Shown one piece after another: positions 45,553-55,181 of a stretch of DNA of 64,000 nucleotides. The first letter of the stretch is position 1. Each line of letters begins with the position of its first letter. The notes under the pieces were generated by a model that saw only the letters and a program-made list of their open reading frames with translations, was not told the origin of the DNA and searched no databases. Origin of the DNA: an uncultured Gammaproteobacteria bacterium (lineage in GTDB: Bacteria; Patescibacteriota; Microgenomatia; Levybacterales; GWA1-39-11); contig CAZMSF010000002.1 in assembly GCA_964568885.1 (NCBI GenBank), positions 4,367-68,366 on the forward strand, given 5' to 3'. Both the position numbers and the translations under genes were made by a program.

Positions 45553-46893
45553 ATGTCTGTAATTGCGGAAAGAAACATAGTCGGAATTGTTGACAGCGGT
45601 GGACGTGGGGCCGCTTTGGCTCGCGCGTATGAGAGAAGTCCGCATGTTGATGGAATAGTTGTTATTCCCGGAAATGACCTTACTGCAGAAATGGCAACCA
45701 AGCCAACTTTCGTTTTTCCAAATATCAGCAATTCAAGTGCCGATGCGATTGCAGACAAATTTTCAGAATTGGGGGTAACACTTGCCGATGTTGCTCAAGA
45801 TAATGCCATTGAGGCGGGAGTTACAGATAGGCTTAGGGAACAGGGAATTGCAACTATAGGACCTTCGAGAGATGCCGGACAAATCGAATGGAGCAAAGCA
45901 TACGCGCGGGGGCTTGGGAAAAACGCAGGCTTGCAACAACCGCGTTTTGAAACATTTACCAGAATTGAGCCTGCAGATTGGTACATAGACCATAGCGGAG
46001 AGGAAAACTTTGTCGTAAAAGCCAACGGGCTTGCCGAAGGGAAAGGTGTGAAGCTTGCGCACAGCTCGGAGGAGGCAAAAAGAATGGTTCGACTGCTTCA
46101 TGAGCAGCATGCAAAAGCATCGGAAATTTTTCTCATTGAGGAAATGGTTGCGGGTGAAGAATTCTCGACTTTTTTTGCCTCAGACGGTGAGCACATAAAA
46201 CTACTCGGACATGCTCAAGACCACAAGAGAGAGGGAAATTACGACACGGGGGAAAATACAGGAGGAATGGGCGCAAGTACACCCCCAAGACTCATGACAC
46301 GCACTGTCGAGCTTGTGGTTGAGCAAGAAGTGAAGAAAATGATGACAGCGCTTTCTGAGGAAGGCAGACCATATGAGGGAATTGGATATTATGGAGGGAT
46401 GCTTAATGAGGTTTTGAAACGGGTAAACAACATTGAGTGGAATGCAAGATGGGGGGACCCGGAGGTTGAGATAGTTGCTCCCGGAATAACGTCGGATATC
46501 TTCGAACTTGCCGTTGCTATCGTTAAAAAAAGTTTGGATAAGTACACTTTAACAACAGACAACCTCGCGCGGGTGGTTGTTGCAGGGGCATCGAGAGGTT
46601 ATCCAAGAGACTATAGTATGGTCAAGGGTAAAGAAGTTTTTGGCCTTGACTATGTCATGCATATGGAAGGTGTCGAGTTATATGGCGCAGGAGTAAAAGT
46701 GGATGAGGATGGGCGGCATTGGGCGAATGGAGGGAGACTCTTTTATATTGTAGGACAAGGAGAAAATGTAATTGAAGCACGGGAGAAGGCGTACGGAGCA
46801 ATGGCACGGGTGCATGTGGACGGAAATAACCTAATGTACCGGAACGACATCGGATGGAAAGACGTTCAAAGGCTGAGGGATGAGGGATATTAA
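45553..46893 (+). CDS. purD: phosphoribosylamine--glycine ligase
   Basis: The N-terminus IVGIVDSGGRGAALARAY…IVVIPGND and the ATP-grasp core. Confidence 0.9.
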   Translation: MSVIAERNIVGIVDSGGRGAALARAYERSPHVDGIVVIPGNDLTAEMATKPTFVFPNISNSSADAIADKFSELGVTLADVAQDNAIEAGVTDRLREQGIATIGPSRDAGQIEWSKAYARGLGKNAGLQQPRFETFTRIEPADWYIDHSGEENFVVKANGLAEGKGVKLAHSSEEAKRMVRLLHEQHAKASEIFLIEEMVAGEEFSTFFASDGEHIKLLGHAQDHKREGNYDTGENTGGMGASTPPRLMTRTVELVVEQEVKKMMTALSEEGRPYEGIGYYGGMLNEVLKRVNNIEWNARWGDPEVEIVAPGITSDIFELAVAIVKKSLDKYTLTTDNLARVVVAGASRGYPRDYSMVKGKEVFGLDYVMHMEGVELYGAGVKVDEDGRHWANGGRLFYIVGQGENVIEAREKAYGAMARVHVDGNNLMYRNDIGWKDVQRLRDEGY

Positions 46894-46895
46894 CT

Positions 46896-49781
46896 ATGAC
46901 AATTAACGAAGTACATGTTGCGAGAAACCAGGATCTCCCCGACCCAATAGGGGATGAGGTTTCGAAAGAAGCAGAAAGAGTTTTTGGAATAAAAACTTCT
47001 GTGAGGACTACTGCAAATTACAGGCTTGAAGGTGTTTCTGATGAAGACGCTCTGACGCTCACAACTGCAGTTCTTGTCGACCCGATTGTCGAAACGGGGG
47101 AAATCGGATCTTTGTCTCACACGGCTGTTGCTTTTGTTGATGGTGACTACGTTTTTATTGATAGGGAAGGCAAAAAAAGCATCGAAGTTTCATTGCGACC
47201 CGAGATGACAGATCCGGTTGCCGGTACCATTGAGGAATCGGCAAGAGATTTAGAGATACCGCTTGATGCTGCCAGGATTTCAAGAACATACACATTCGGC
47301 CCAAAGACCACCCCAAAAGAAGCAGTTCAAATTACACGAAGATTATTGGTAAATGACAAAGTCGAAACGGTTATAAATACCCCTCCTGAAACTCTTGCTA
47401 TCAAAGGAGAGGTGCCTCAGGTTGAAATTGTTTCGCTTCAGGATGCATCGGACGAACGGCTCACAGAGATTTCCGACCAGAGGCGGCTGAGTCTCAATTT
47501 GACAGAGATGAAAGTTATCCAAAAGGAGGCAAGAAGGAGGGAAAAAGATTTTACCGACGTTGAGCTTGAGATTCTAGCGGCACGGTGGAGCGAGCACTGT
47601 GTCCACAAGACATTTAATGCAAAAGTAATAACTCCCGAGGGCGAAAAGCCATCACTTTTCTCCCGAATCAAAAATATGTCAAGAAAGCACTTTGGAAATT
47701 TGGTTGCGACCGCTTTTGACGACAATTCAGGGGGAATTCATTTTTATGATGATACGGTCGTTCTCGTCAAATGGGAAACCCACAACAGCCCGTCGGCAAT
47801 TGACCCGGTTGGAGGTGCTGCAACAGGAAGCGGAGGAGTTTTTCGGGATATTATGGGAACAGGTCAGGGGGCAAAGGTTATTCTGTCAACCGACGCTTTT
47901 GCAGTAGCCCCGCCCGAGATGAAGCAAGAAGATCTTCCCCCTAAAACCATTCCCCCGGACAATCTACTGCGCGGACTCGTTAAAGGCGTAAGTGGATATG
48001 GAAATCCGATGGGGGTTCCAACGCCAAATGGTTCTGTTCATTTTCATCCTGATTTTGCCGCAAAGCCAACAGTTCTCGTTGGTGCTTATGGCATTACGCC
48101 TGAAAAATATGCATATAAAACGGACCCAGAAGTAGGAGATAGAGTTGTTGTAATCGGCGGCCGGACAGGTAGAGATGGAATTCATGGAGCAACGGTAAGC
48201 TCCGGTGAGAGGACAGAGAAAACCGCAACGATTGATGCGACACATGTTCAGATGGGAAATCCCATCGAAGAAAGAAAAATGGCTGATGCCATTTTGGAAG
48301 CAAGAGATAAGGGATTGGTTAGAACGCTTACCGACTGTGGAGCAGCCGGGTTTTCATCGGCAATTGGGGAACTTGCTGAAAATGTAGGAGTGACGGTTGA
48401 TATCTCAAAAGCTCCACTAAAGTACGAAGGCCTTGCTCCATGGGAGATTTGGTTGTCGGAGTCACAAGAACGGATGGCCTTAGCAATAGACCCTCAGAAG
48501 ATGGAGGAGTTTTTGGAAGTATGCAGAAGATATGAGGTTGAAGCAACCGATTTAGGGGTGTTTGATGGGAGTAACACTCTTACTGTCATGCACGGGGATA
48601 AGATAGTGGCGGATTTGGACTATGAATTCTTAAAAAACGGATTGCCTCAGCGCGAAATGGAAGCAGAATATTTCCATGAATTATTCCCGGAGCCTGAAGT
48701 CGAATTGCCCACGGATTGGGTTGGCACGTTGAAAAACGTTTTGTCTCACGGAAATGTGTGTTCAAAACAGCCAATTGTCAGGCAATACGACACAACAGTA
48801 CAGGGGACAAATGCATTGCCACCATTTGGAGGGGTAAATTTGGATGCGCCCAACGACGCGACAATTATTACTCCAATTCTTGACAAACCATATGGACTTA
48901 TAGTGAGTCATGGTCTCAACCCAATCCTTAATAGAATTGATCCAGAACGTGGTGCGAAATGGGCGGTTATTGAGGCTGTATCAAATGCGGTAGCCGTCGG
49001 AGCCGACATCGAGGAAATGGGAATATGCGGAAACTATATTTGGCCGACTCCCGACAGGCACTTTATGGGAGCGCTTGATGTTGCTGTTGACAGTGTGAAT
49101 GCTACGCAAGATGCTTTGGGACTGCCAACCATTAGCGGAAAAGATAGCCTTTCGGCAACATATGAATGGCCTGATAAGAAAACAAAAACTCACGTTCCAC
49201 CGGTTGTCAGCATTTCAACGATAGCAAAAATTCCCGATGTGGCAAAAACCGTTTCAGCCGATATAAAAAGAACAGGCTCGACACTTGTTGTAGTAGGAAA
49301 GCGGCATGAAGGTATGGGAGGGTCTGCGTATTTTGATACATTGGGACATTTAGGGAATGAAATTCCGGACATTGATGTTCTATCTGCGAAAGCAACCGCA
49401 AAATCTCTCCATGCTGCTATCTTGGAAGGGGAAGTTTCTTCTTGTCACGACGTTTCCGAGGGCGGTCTTATTGCGGCTGCAGCCGAGATGGCTTTTGGTG
49501 GCGACTGTGGAATTGTTCTTGATATTGACACAAAAGAGCGGCCGGACTTTTTCTTATTTAATGAAACAACCGGGACATTCATTGTCGAAGTTGATGACCC
49601 TGAACGAATAAAAGATTTTTTTGGAAACGTACCGTATATAGTTATCGGAAAAACAACCGAAGAAAAACAAATAAGAGTAAATCATAATGAAAGCGAATTG
49701 TTCAGCGCCGAATTGGAGGACTTAAAAGAAGCATGGCAGCGGCCGATGCAGGAACTTTTCCATGTAGCAGCGAGCGCATAA
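46896..49781 (+). CDS. purL: phosphoribosylformylglycinamidine synthase subunit PurL with two fused N-terminal PurS-like domains (961 aa)
   Basis: The PurL signature ARWSEHCVHKTFNA and the AIR-synthase-related domains. The ~200-aa N-terminal extension contains two PurS-like units (…LVDPIVETGEI… and …RRLLVNDKVETV…). Confidence 0.9.
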   Translation: MTINEVHVARNQDLPDPIGDEVSKEAERVFGIKTSVRTTANYRLEGVSDEDALTLTTAVLVDPIVETGEIGSLSHTAVAFVDGDYVFIDREGKKSIEVSLRPEMTDPVAGTIEESARDLEIPLDAARISRTYTFGPKTTPKEAVQITRRLLVNDKVETVINTPPETLAIKGEVPQVEIVSLQDASDERLTEISDQRRLSLNLTEMKVIQKEARRREKDFTDVELEILAARWSEHCVHKTFNAKVITPEGEKPSLFSRIKNMSRKHFGNLVATAFDDNSGGIHFYDDTVVLVKWETHNSPSAIDPVGGAATGSGGVFRDIMGTGQGAKVILSTDAFAVAPPEMKQEDLPPKTIPPDNLLRGLVKGVSGYGNPMGVPTPNGSVHFHPDFAAKPTVLVGAYGITPEKYAYKTDPEVGDRVVVIGGRTGRDGIHGATVSSGERTEKTATIDATHVQMGNPIEERKMADAILEARDKGLVRTLTDCGAAGFSSAIGELAENVGVTVDISKAPLKYEGLAPWEIWLSESQERMALAIDPQKMEEFLEVCRRYEVEATDLGVFDGSNTLTVMHGDKIVADLDYEFLKNGLPQREMEAEYFHELFPEPEVELPTDWVGTLKNVLSHGNVCSKQPIVRQYDTTVQGTNALPPFGGVNLDAPNDATIITPILDKPYGLIVSHGLNPILNRIDPERGAKWAVIEAVSNAVAVGADIEEMGICGNYIWPTPDRHFMGALDVAVDSVNATQDALGLPTISGKDSLSATYEWPDKKTKTHVPPVVSISTIAKIPDVAKTVSADIKRTGSTLVVVGKRHEGMGGSAYFDTLGHLGNEIPDIDVLSAKATAKSLHAAILEGEVSSCHDVSEGGLIAAAAEMAFGGDCGIVLDIDTKERPDFFLFNETTGTFIVEVDDPERIKDFFGNVPYIVIGKTTEEKQIRVNHNESELFSAELEDLKEAWQRPMQELFHVAASA

Positions 49782-49784
49782 ATT

Positions 49785-50588
49785 ATGGCATTAACAGAAT
49801 TACAACCAAGAATTGCAATTGTAAAATACCCCGGCACGAACTGTGAGGGAGAAACAGCCTATGGAATAACTCTTGCAGGGGGTATTCCCGATATTGTTCT
49901 TAATTATGATTTGGAGAGGGGTGATGTCCAACTGCCCGATTATCAAGGAGTCATATTTGCCGGAGGATTTTCCTATGGCGATGATTTGGGTTCCGGAAGG
50001 GTTGCGGCTTTGAAATTAGACAGTAAGTACGGCAACCAAGTTGAACGTTTTAAAGAAAAAGGAGGGATTAGTCTTGGCATTTGTAACGGAAATCAAATAA
50101 TGGCGCAGTCCGAGCAGTTTTTTACAGATGAAGCGGGTCGAGAGTTAACGCTTGATAGAAATGACAGGGCACACTTCAACAGCGACAGGGTGAAACTTTT
50201 GTACGAACCAAACAATAGGTGTGTTTGGTTGAAAGATTTGCAGGAATATGGGCCTGTAGAATTTCAGGTCGCCCATGGTGAGGGAAAGTACGTGTTTGTA
50301 AAACCCGAAAAGCTTGCCGAGCTTGAAGCAGAGGGGAGGGTGTTATTTAGATATGCCGGAAAAGATGGAAAACCAACGCTTGCCTATCCATTAAATCCAA
50401 ACGGTTCTGTTAACGGCATTGCAGGAGTAGTTGATAGAACAGGTCATCATGCTGCCCTCATGCCTCATCCGGAGCGGTCAATCAAAAGAGAGCAATATGC
50501 AAATTCGAGACGCCTTCCTCAAGATTTTATTCCCGAAGGGCTAACGCTGTTGAAGCACTATGTGGGGCATGCGCGGCAATCGGCCTAA
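49785..50588 (+). CDS. purQ: phosphoribosylformylglycinamidine synthase glutaminase subunit
   Basis: The class-I GATase nucleophile elbow LGICNGNQIM and the catalytic HPER pair. Confidence 0.9.
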   Translation: MALTELQPRIAIVKYPGTNCEGETAYGITLAGGIPDIVLNYDLERGDVQLPDYQGVIFAGGFSYGDDLGSGRVAALKLDSKYGNQVERFKEKGGISLGICNGNQIMAQSEQFFTDEAGRELTLDRNDRAHFNSDRVKLLYEPNNRCVWLKDLQEYGPVEFQVAHGEGKYVFVKPEKLAELEAEGRVLFRYAGKDGKPTLAYPLNPNGSVNGIAGVVDRTGHHAALMPHPERSIKREQYANSRRLPQDFIPEGLTLLKHYVGHARQSA

Positions 50589-51241
50589 ATTACCTCTTTC
50601 GTAAAAAGGGATGAGAGGATTTCAAAAGCCCTATTTATATTTTTATCTTCAAAAAATAGCGTAAATTCGCTTTTCGTAGGGGAGGCGCCTATGATGTTTA
50701 TTCCTTCCCATGCCAAAGATTTTAGGAAAAAATAATACACCCCGGCCGTGGTCATCGCCTCGGCAGGAACGTATACGGTGATTTGAGATATGTTTTGCAA
50801 ATTCGTAATGATTGAGTCTACATTGACACTCGCAAGCAGTTTTTCAAGGAGCACCATGCTTCCGGTAATTTGAATTTCGGTTGCGCCAACGGTTATTGCA
50901 CCAAATGTGCCCTTAACCCTATTTAAAAACAGTTTTGAGACAAGCTCTTCGGTTTCTTTAGTTCGGGCAATAACGACAAAAAAAAGCCCCGAGCGGATAA
51001 CCATTTCAGGAGGATGTTTGAAAATTTCCTCGCTTTTATATTTTGGTTTGAAATTTTTCTGTAAGCGTTTGAGTGCCATTATAATTGAACCCGAGCTCAC
51101 GTTTTTTATCAGCATCTGCTCCAATTCGGGTTGTATATAGCGGGCCAATGATGAGAGGTTGATGATGTCTTTTGCCAAAGCCTCGGAAAGGTACCGTGAG
51201 CGTTCGACTATTTTTTTTGTTGCTTCGGGAACAGTAATCAT
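50585..51241 (-). CDS. hypothetical protein with tandem ACT-like regulatory domains
   Basis: 218-aa ORF with two beta-alpha-beta-beta-alpha-beta-like segments. It resembles the aspartokinase regulatory region. Low certainty. Confidence 0.4.
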   Translation of the reverse strand: MITVPEATKKIVERSRYLSEALAKDIINLSSLARYIQPELEQMLIKNVSSGSIIMALKRLQKNFKPKYKSEEIFKHPPEMVIRSGLFFVVIARTKETEELVSKLFLNRVKGTFGAITVGATEIQITGSMVLLEKLLASVNVDSIITNLQNISQITVYVPAEAMTTAGVYYFFLKSLAWEGINIIGASPTKSEFTLFFEDKNINRAFEILSSLFTKEVI

Positions 51242-51355
51242 GAAGATGTTAATATCTTAACAAAATATACGGTTTTGTAAATTTTATTTCAAAAATTGAC
51301 CTCAATAGGAGTTTCATTTTACCATTCTTATGACAAAGAAAGGAGGTGTAAGCGC

Positions 51356-51535
51356 ATGGAAAGAATCAAAACAAAACCTGAAGGGGCCGATTTTCGGGCA
51401 ATAATCAACCAACCGCTACGCGATGAGATGGCTGAGCTCTCAAGGCAGCTTTCTGTTGCAGACAATGAAGGAATGTATGACAGACGAGATGGTGCTCCGG
51501 TTGAATTAAAGGCGGGGGTTGAGGGTAATGTTTAG
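51356..51535 (+). CDS. small hypothetical protein (59 aa)
   Basis: An ATG at 51356 lies 9 nt after AAAGGAGG. The product is MERIKTKPEGADFRAIINQPLRDEMAELSRQLSVADNEGMYDRRDGAPVELKAGVEGNV. Confidence 0.35.
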   Translation: MERIKTKPEGADFRAIINQPLRDEMAELSRQLSVADNEGMYDRRDGAPVELKAGVEGNV

Positions 51536-51552
51536 CTAATTGTATCTTCTGC

Positions 51553-51582
51553 TTGACTTAACTTTTCACGGGTGAGTACAAT
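51553..51582 (+). promoter_or_regulatory. promoter TTGACT-18-TACAAT upstream of the MgtE-N/CBS gene
   Basis: Hexamers at 51553-51558 and 51577-51582. Confidence 0.45.
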
Positions 51583-51626
51583 GAAGGAGGAAGCAAATCC
51601 CCATATATGTTTCATAAAAAACAGAT

Positions 51627-52844
51627 ATGTTCTACTTTTCCGAACTCATCAACAAGAAAGTGGTCAATGAGAATAATAGGACCATCGGTAAGCTAAAAGA
51701 CTTTTTGTTCCTGGCAGAAGAATCCCCAAAAATTACGAAGCTATTCGTTAGAAAAAGTAAATGGCGAAGTTATTCGATACCAATTCAAGACTTAAAAACA
51801 GTCAATGGCCGCATCGTCGTTTCCAAAGATTTTACTGAGAAAGAGGTATCCGATAAAGAATTTTCCTTGGCCCACAATTTGCTCAACCGACAAATAATTG
51901 ACGTCAAAGGGGGAAAAGTCGTTCGGGTTAATGATATCGCGATACAAGACAAGGAGGATAAGCAAGAGTACTATATTGCCGGCGTTGATGTTGGTTTTCG
52001 CGCGATACTCCGTTGGTTCAAATTGGAGAAAGCGTTTACGCCTATATATAAGGCGCTGAATTTGTATTCTCACCCGCACTTTTTATCATGGGGAGATATA
52101 GAGCCATTGGAGTTGGCAAATGGCACCGTACAGCTTAAGAAGGATATCGGAGAATTGGAGAGAATGAGACCGGAGGATTTGGCAGACTATTTGGAGAAGA
52201 CGAATATCAGAAATGTGAACAAAGTCATTACCGGACTTGGCGATGAATATGCGGCAGACGTTATCGAAGACTTGAATATCAACTATCAGACTGCGCTTTT
52301 CAAAAGATTTGCCCCCGAGAAAGCAACCAAAATCATAGACCTTCTGGAACCGGATGAGGCTGTTGATATTCTTCTGACGTTGCCTCGGGAAAAACGCATT
52401 GAAATACTTGAGGGTCTTGAAAAAACCAAAAATGAGGAGCTAAAAGAGCTGATGAAGTATTCAAAAACGTCGGTAGGAAAACTTATAAACCCGAACTTTA
52501 TCACTGTCGGTTCAGAGATAAACGCAGGAGATGCTTTATCAAAAGTAAAAGAGGCACTTGTCGAGCAGCCATTTGCAAAATATGTATATTGCGTAAATAG
52601 TGAAGAGCATTTGGTGGGGGTTTTTGAGCTTCCAAACCTTCTTATCCAGGCATCCGATACTCCTGTCTATAAATTCATGGAACAGGACGTTGTTGTTGCG
52701 CACCTGACTACCCCTCAGGAAATCGCCTTAAAAAGGATGCTTAAGTACAAATTGTATGCACTTCCCGTTATTTCAGACAACCAAAAAATGATTGGGGTCG
52801 TTACCTTTGATGACATGATTGAGGATATTGAAGAGAAGTTGTAA
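51627..52844 (+). CDS. soluble MgtE-type cytoplasmic regulatory module: PRC-barrel + MgtE_N domain + CBS pair, no transmembrane pore
   Basis: The MgtE_N-like segment is EDLADYLEKTNIRNVNKVITGLGDEYAADVIEDL…ILLTLPREKRIEILEGL. Two CBS motifs cover about residues 290-400. The ORF ends before any TM helix. Confidence 0.7.
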   Translation: MFYFSELINKKVVNENNRTIGKLKDFLFLAEESPKITKLFVRKSKWRSYSIPIQDLKTVNGRIVVSKDFTEKEVSDKEFSLAHNLLNRQIIDVKGGKVVRVNDIAIQDKEDKQEYYIAGVDVGFRAILRWFKLEKAFTPIYKALNLYSHPHFLSWGDIEPLELANGTVQLKKDIGELERMRPEDLADYLEKTNIRNVNKVITGLGDEYAADVIEDLNINYQTALFKRFAPEKATKIIDLLEPDEAVDILLTLPREKRIEILEGLEKTKNEELKELMKYSKTSVGKLINPNFITVGSEINAGDALSKVKEALVEQPFAKYVYCVNSEEHLVGVFELPNLLIQASDTPVYKFMEQDVVVAHLTTPQEIALKRMLKYKLYALPVISDNQKMIGVVTFDDMIEDIEEKL

Positions 52845-54088
52845 TGAAAAAAATAATTAAGAGACTACGGATTAAAATTTTTATTTTGTTAGCCGTTGTG
52901 GGGCCAGGGCTTATTACGGCGTTTGCCGACAACGACGCTGGAGGGGTCGCGACATATTCTGTTGCCGCATCGAAATTCGGCTACTCAATGTTGACAACTC
53001 TCATCCCCATTACCATTGTTCTTATGGTAACTCAAGAGATAGGCTCGCGTTTGGCTGTTGTTAGTGGAAAGGGATTGGGGGATTTGATACGTGAGAAATT
53101 TGGCATCAGAGTTTCCGTGCTGATCTTTGCGCTGCTATTTTTCGTCAATTTCGGAGTCATTATCCAAGATGTTGGAGGGCTAAAAGACGGACTTGCACTT
53201 TTCCACCTCAATTTGTGGATTTTTATGCCGGTTGTAATAGCATTTTTGTTCTTTTTCATAACAAAAGCTTCATATGCAAAAGTTGAGAAATTTTTCTTAT
53301 TTTTAATATTCTTTTACATTGCATATTTCGTAAGCGCCGTACTCGCAAAACCCGACTGGGGACTTGTGGGAAAATCACTGGTGATGCCGGTTGGCAAGGT
53401 CTCCTTTGACTATTTATATACTTCAATTGCAGTCCTTGGAACAACGGTTACTGCTTGGGGTCAATTCTTTATCAACAGTTATGTGAAGGATAAAAAATTG
53501 ACGGTCGATAGAATTGGATACAACAGGCTTGAAATATATTTCGGAGCATTCTTAACCGATATTGTGACACTTTTTATGATGGTGGCAGTTGCCGCTACGG
53601 TATTTACCCATAATGTACAAATACAAGGAGCTGCAGATGCTGCGCTTGCCATAAAGCCTTTCGCAGGGGATTTGGCAGGGGTGATGTTCGGAGCGGGACT
53701 TATCGTTGCGGGGTTTATTGGAGCTGCAATTGTCCCATTGGCAACCGCATATGCCTTCTCTGAATTTTTTGGATACGAAGGGAGTCTGGACGTAAATTTC
53801 TCAAAAAGCAGACTCTTCTATGGGTTTTTCATCGTCCAAGTGCTTCTCGGGGTTGCAGCAGTAAGTTTTCCCAATTTTGCCCTTTTCAAGTTCACACTTT
53901 ATGCAGATTTCATTAACGGTTTGTTTTTGCCGATTATATTTTTCTTCCTGTATAAATTTGCTAACGACCGCGAAATCATGGGGAAGTACAGAAATAACCA
54001 TATTCAAAATGTACTGCTCATCGGTTCCGGACTTGTTATCACAATAGCCTCCCTTGTTGGTGGGGTAGGAAAAGCTTTTGGAATGTAG
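52844..54088 (+). CDS. NRAMP-family transporter with non-canonical (NRMT-like) metal-binding site
   Basis: The TM1 region GPGLITAFADNDAGGVATY has D-A-G-G in place of the canonical D-P-G-N. The TM6 region GAAIVPLATAY lacks the canonical Met and His. The start overlaps the upstream stop (ATGA). Confidence 0.8.
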   Translation: MKKIIKRLRIKIFILLAVVGPGLITAFADNDAGGVATYSVAASKFGYSMLTTLIPITIVLMVTQEIGSRLAVVSGKGLGDLIREKFGIRVSVLIFALLFFVNFGVIIQDVGGLKDGLALFHLNLWIFMPVVIAFLFFFITKASYAKVEKFFLFLIFFYIAYFVSAVLAKPDWGLVGKSLVMPVGKVSFDYLYTSIAVLGTTVTAWGQFFINSYVKDKKLTVDRIGYNRLEIYFGAFLTDIVTLFMMVAVAATVFTHNVQIQGAADAALAIKPFAGDLAGVMFGAGLIVAGFIGAAIVPLATAYAFSEFFGYEGSLDVNFSKSRLFYGFFIVQVLLGVAAVSFPNFALFKFTLYADFINGLFLPIIFFFLYKFANDREIMGKYRNNHIQNVLLIGSGLVITIASLVGGVGKAFGM

Positions 54089-54091
54089 TCT

Positions 54092-55171
54092 ATGGCGCGT
54101 CTTACCTATCAACAACTTATAGATAAACATTTGGAGATTTTAAAAGGACTCCAATATGATAGCGGACTTTTTGCAGCTGCGGACAAAAGCGTCGGAACCG
54201 GTTACGAGAAAAGTTGGTTAAGGGATAATTTTTATGAAACCATTGCATTCGAAGTAATAGGAGACTGGAATACGGTTGAGAAGACATACAGAGCTATTCT
54301 TTCGATTCTTCTCAAACATGAAGAAAAAATCGACTGGGCAATAGAGAACAAGCCTACCGAGTCTTTTCAATTTATCCACGCGCGTTTTCACCCCGAGACT
54401 TTCGACGAATTTTGGGAGTCGTGGGGGAATAAGCAAAACGACGCGGTAGGGTGTATTTTGTTCCGCATTGGGGAACTTGAGCACCATCACAACCGGGCAA
54501 TTCTTACCGATGAGTCTCACGTAAGAATAATCAACAAATTAGTGAGATATTTGGAAGCTATCGAGTATTGGCAAAATGGCGACAGTGGTATGTGGGAAGA
54601 AGATGAAGAGCTGCATGCATCCTCCGTTGGAGCATGCGTTGCAGGACTCGAATCGATTAAGAGGTTGCCATCTATTCAGGTTCCGGAAGAGCTCATAGAA
54701 AGAGGAAGAAATGCGTTGGTAGAATTACTTCCCCGTGAATCAGAACGAAAATTCGTTGACTTGGCATTGCTATCGCTCATTTGGCCATACAATGTGGTAA
54801 CAGACGCTCAGCGAGATGAGATCTTGAAAAATGTTGAGTACCATTTGCTTCGGGAACGAGGAGTAATACGATATAAGGGGGATAGATATTACAATAAAAA
54901 TGCAGACAGTATAAGTGAGGAAGCTGAGTGGACTTTCGGTCTTGCGTGGCTCGCAATTATTTACGGAAAGCTGGGGCAAACGGAAAAAGCATTTTCTTAC
55001 ATAAAGGACTTGATAGCGGATGACACCCCGGAGGGTGTTCCGGAGTTATATTTCTCAAATTCGCCCGAATATAATGACAATACGCCGCTTGGGTGGTCCG
55101 AATCACTGTTTATTGTTGCATTATTTGAAATGCAAGAGCGGTGGGAAATGGAAGCAAAAGAAAAGGAGTAG
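54092..55171 (+). CDS. glycoside hydrolase family 15-like (glucoamylase-fold) protein
   Basis: SWLRDNFYE is a GH15-type motif and the repeat pattern is aromatic-rich and helical. It lies 3 bp after the Nramp-like gene. Confidence 0.5.
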   Translation: MARLTYQQLIDKHLEILKGLQYDSGLFAAADKSVGTGYEKSWLRDNFYETIAFEVIGDWNTVEKTYRAILSILLKHEEKIDWAIENKPTESFQFIHARFHPETFDEFWESWGNKQNDAVGCILFRIGELEHHHNRAILTDESHVRIINKLVRYLEAIEYWQNGDSGMWEEDEELHASSVGACVAGLESIKRLPSIQVPEELIERGRNALVELLPRESERKFVDLALLSLIWPYNVVTDAQRDEILKNVEYHLLRERGVIRYKGDRYYNKNADSISEEAEWTFGLAWLAIIYGKLGQTEKAFSYIKDLIADDTPEGVPELYFSNSPEYNDNTPLGWSESLFIVALFEMQERWEMEAKEKE

Positions 55172-55181
55172 GGAGAGAAAA

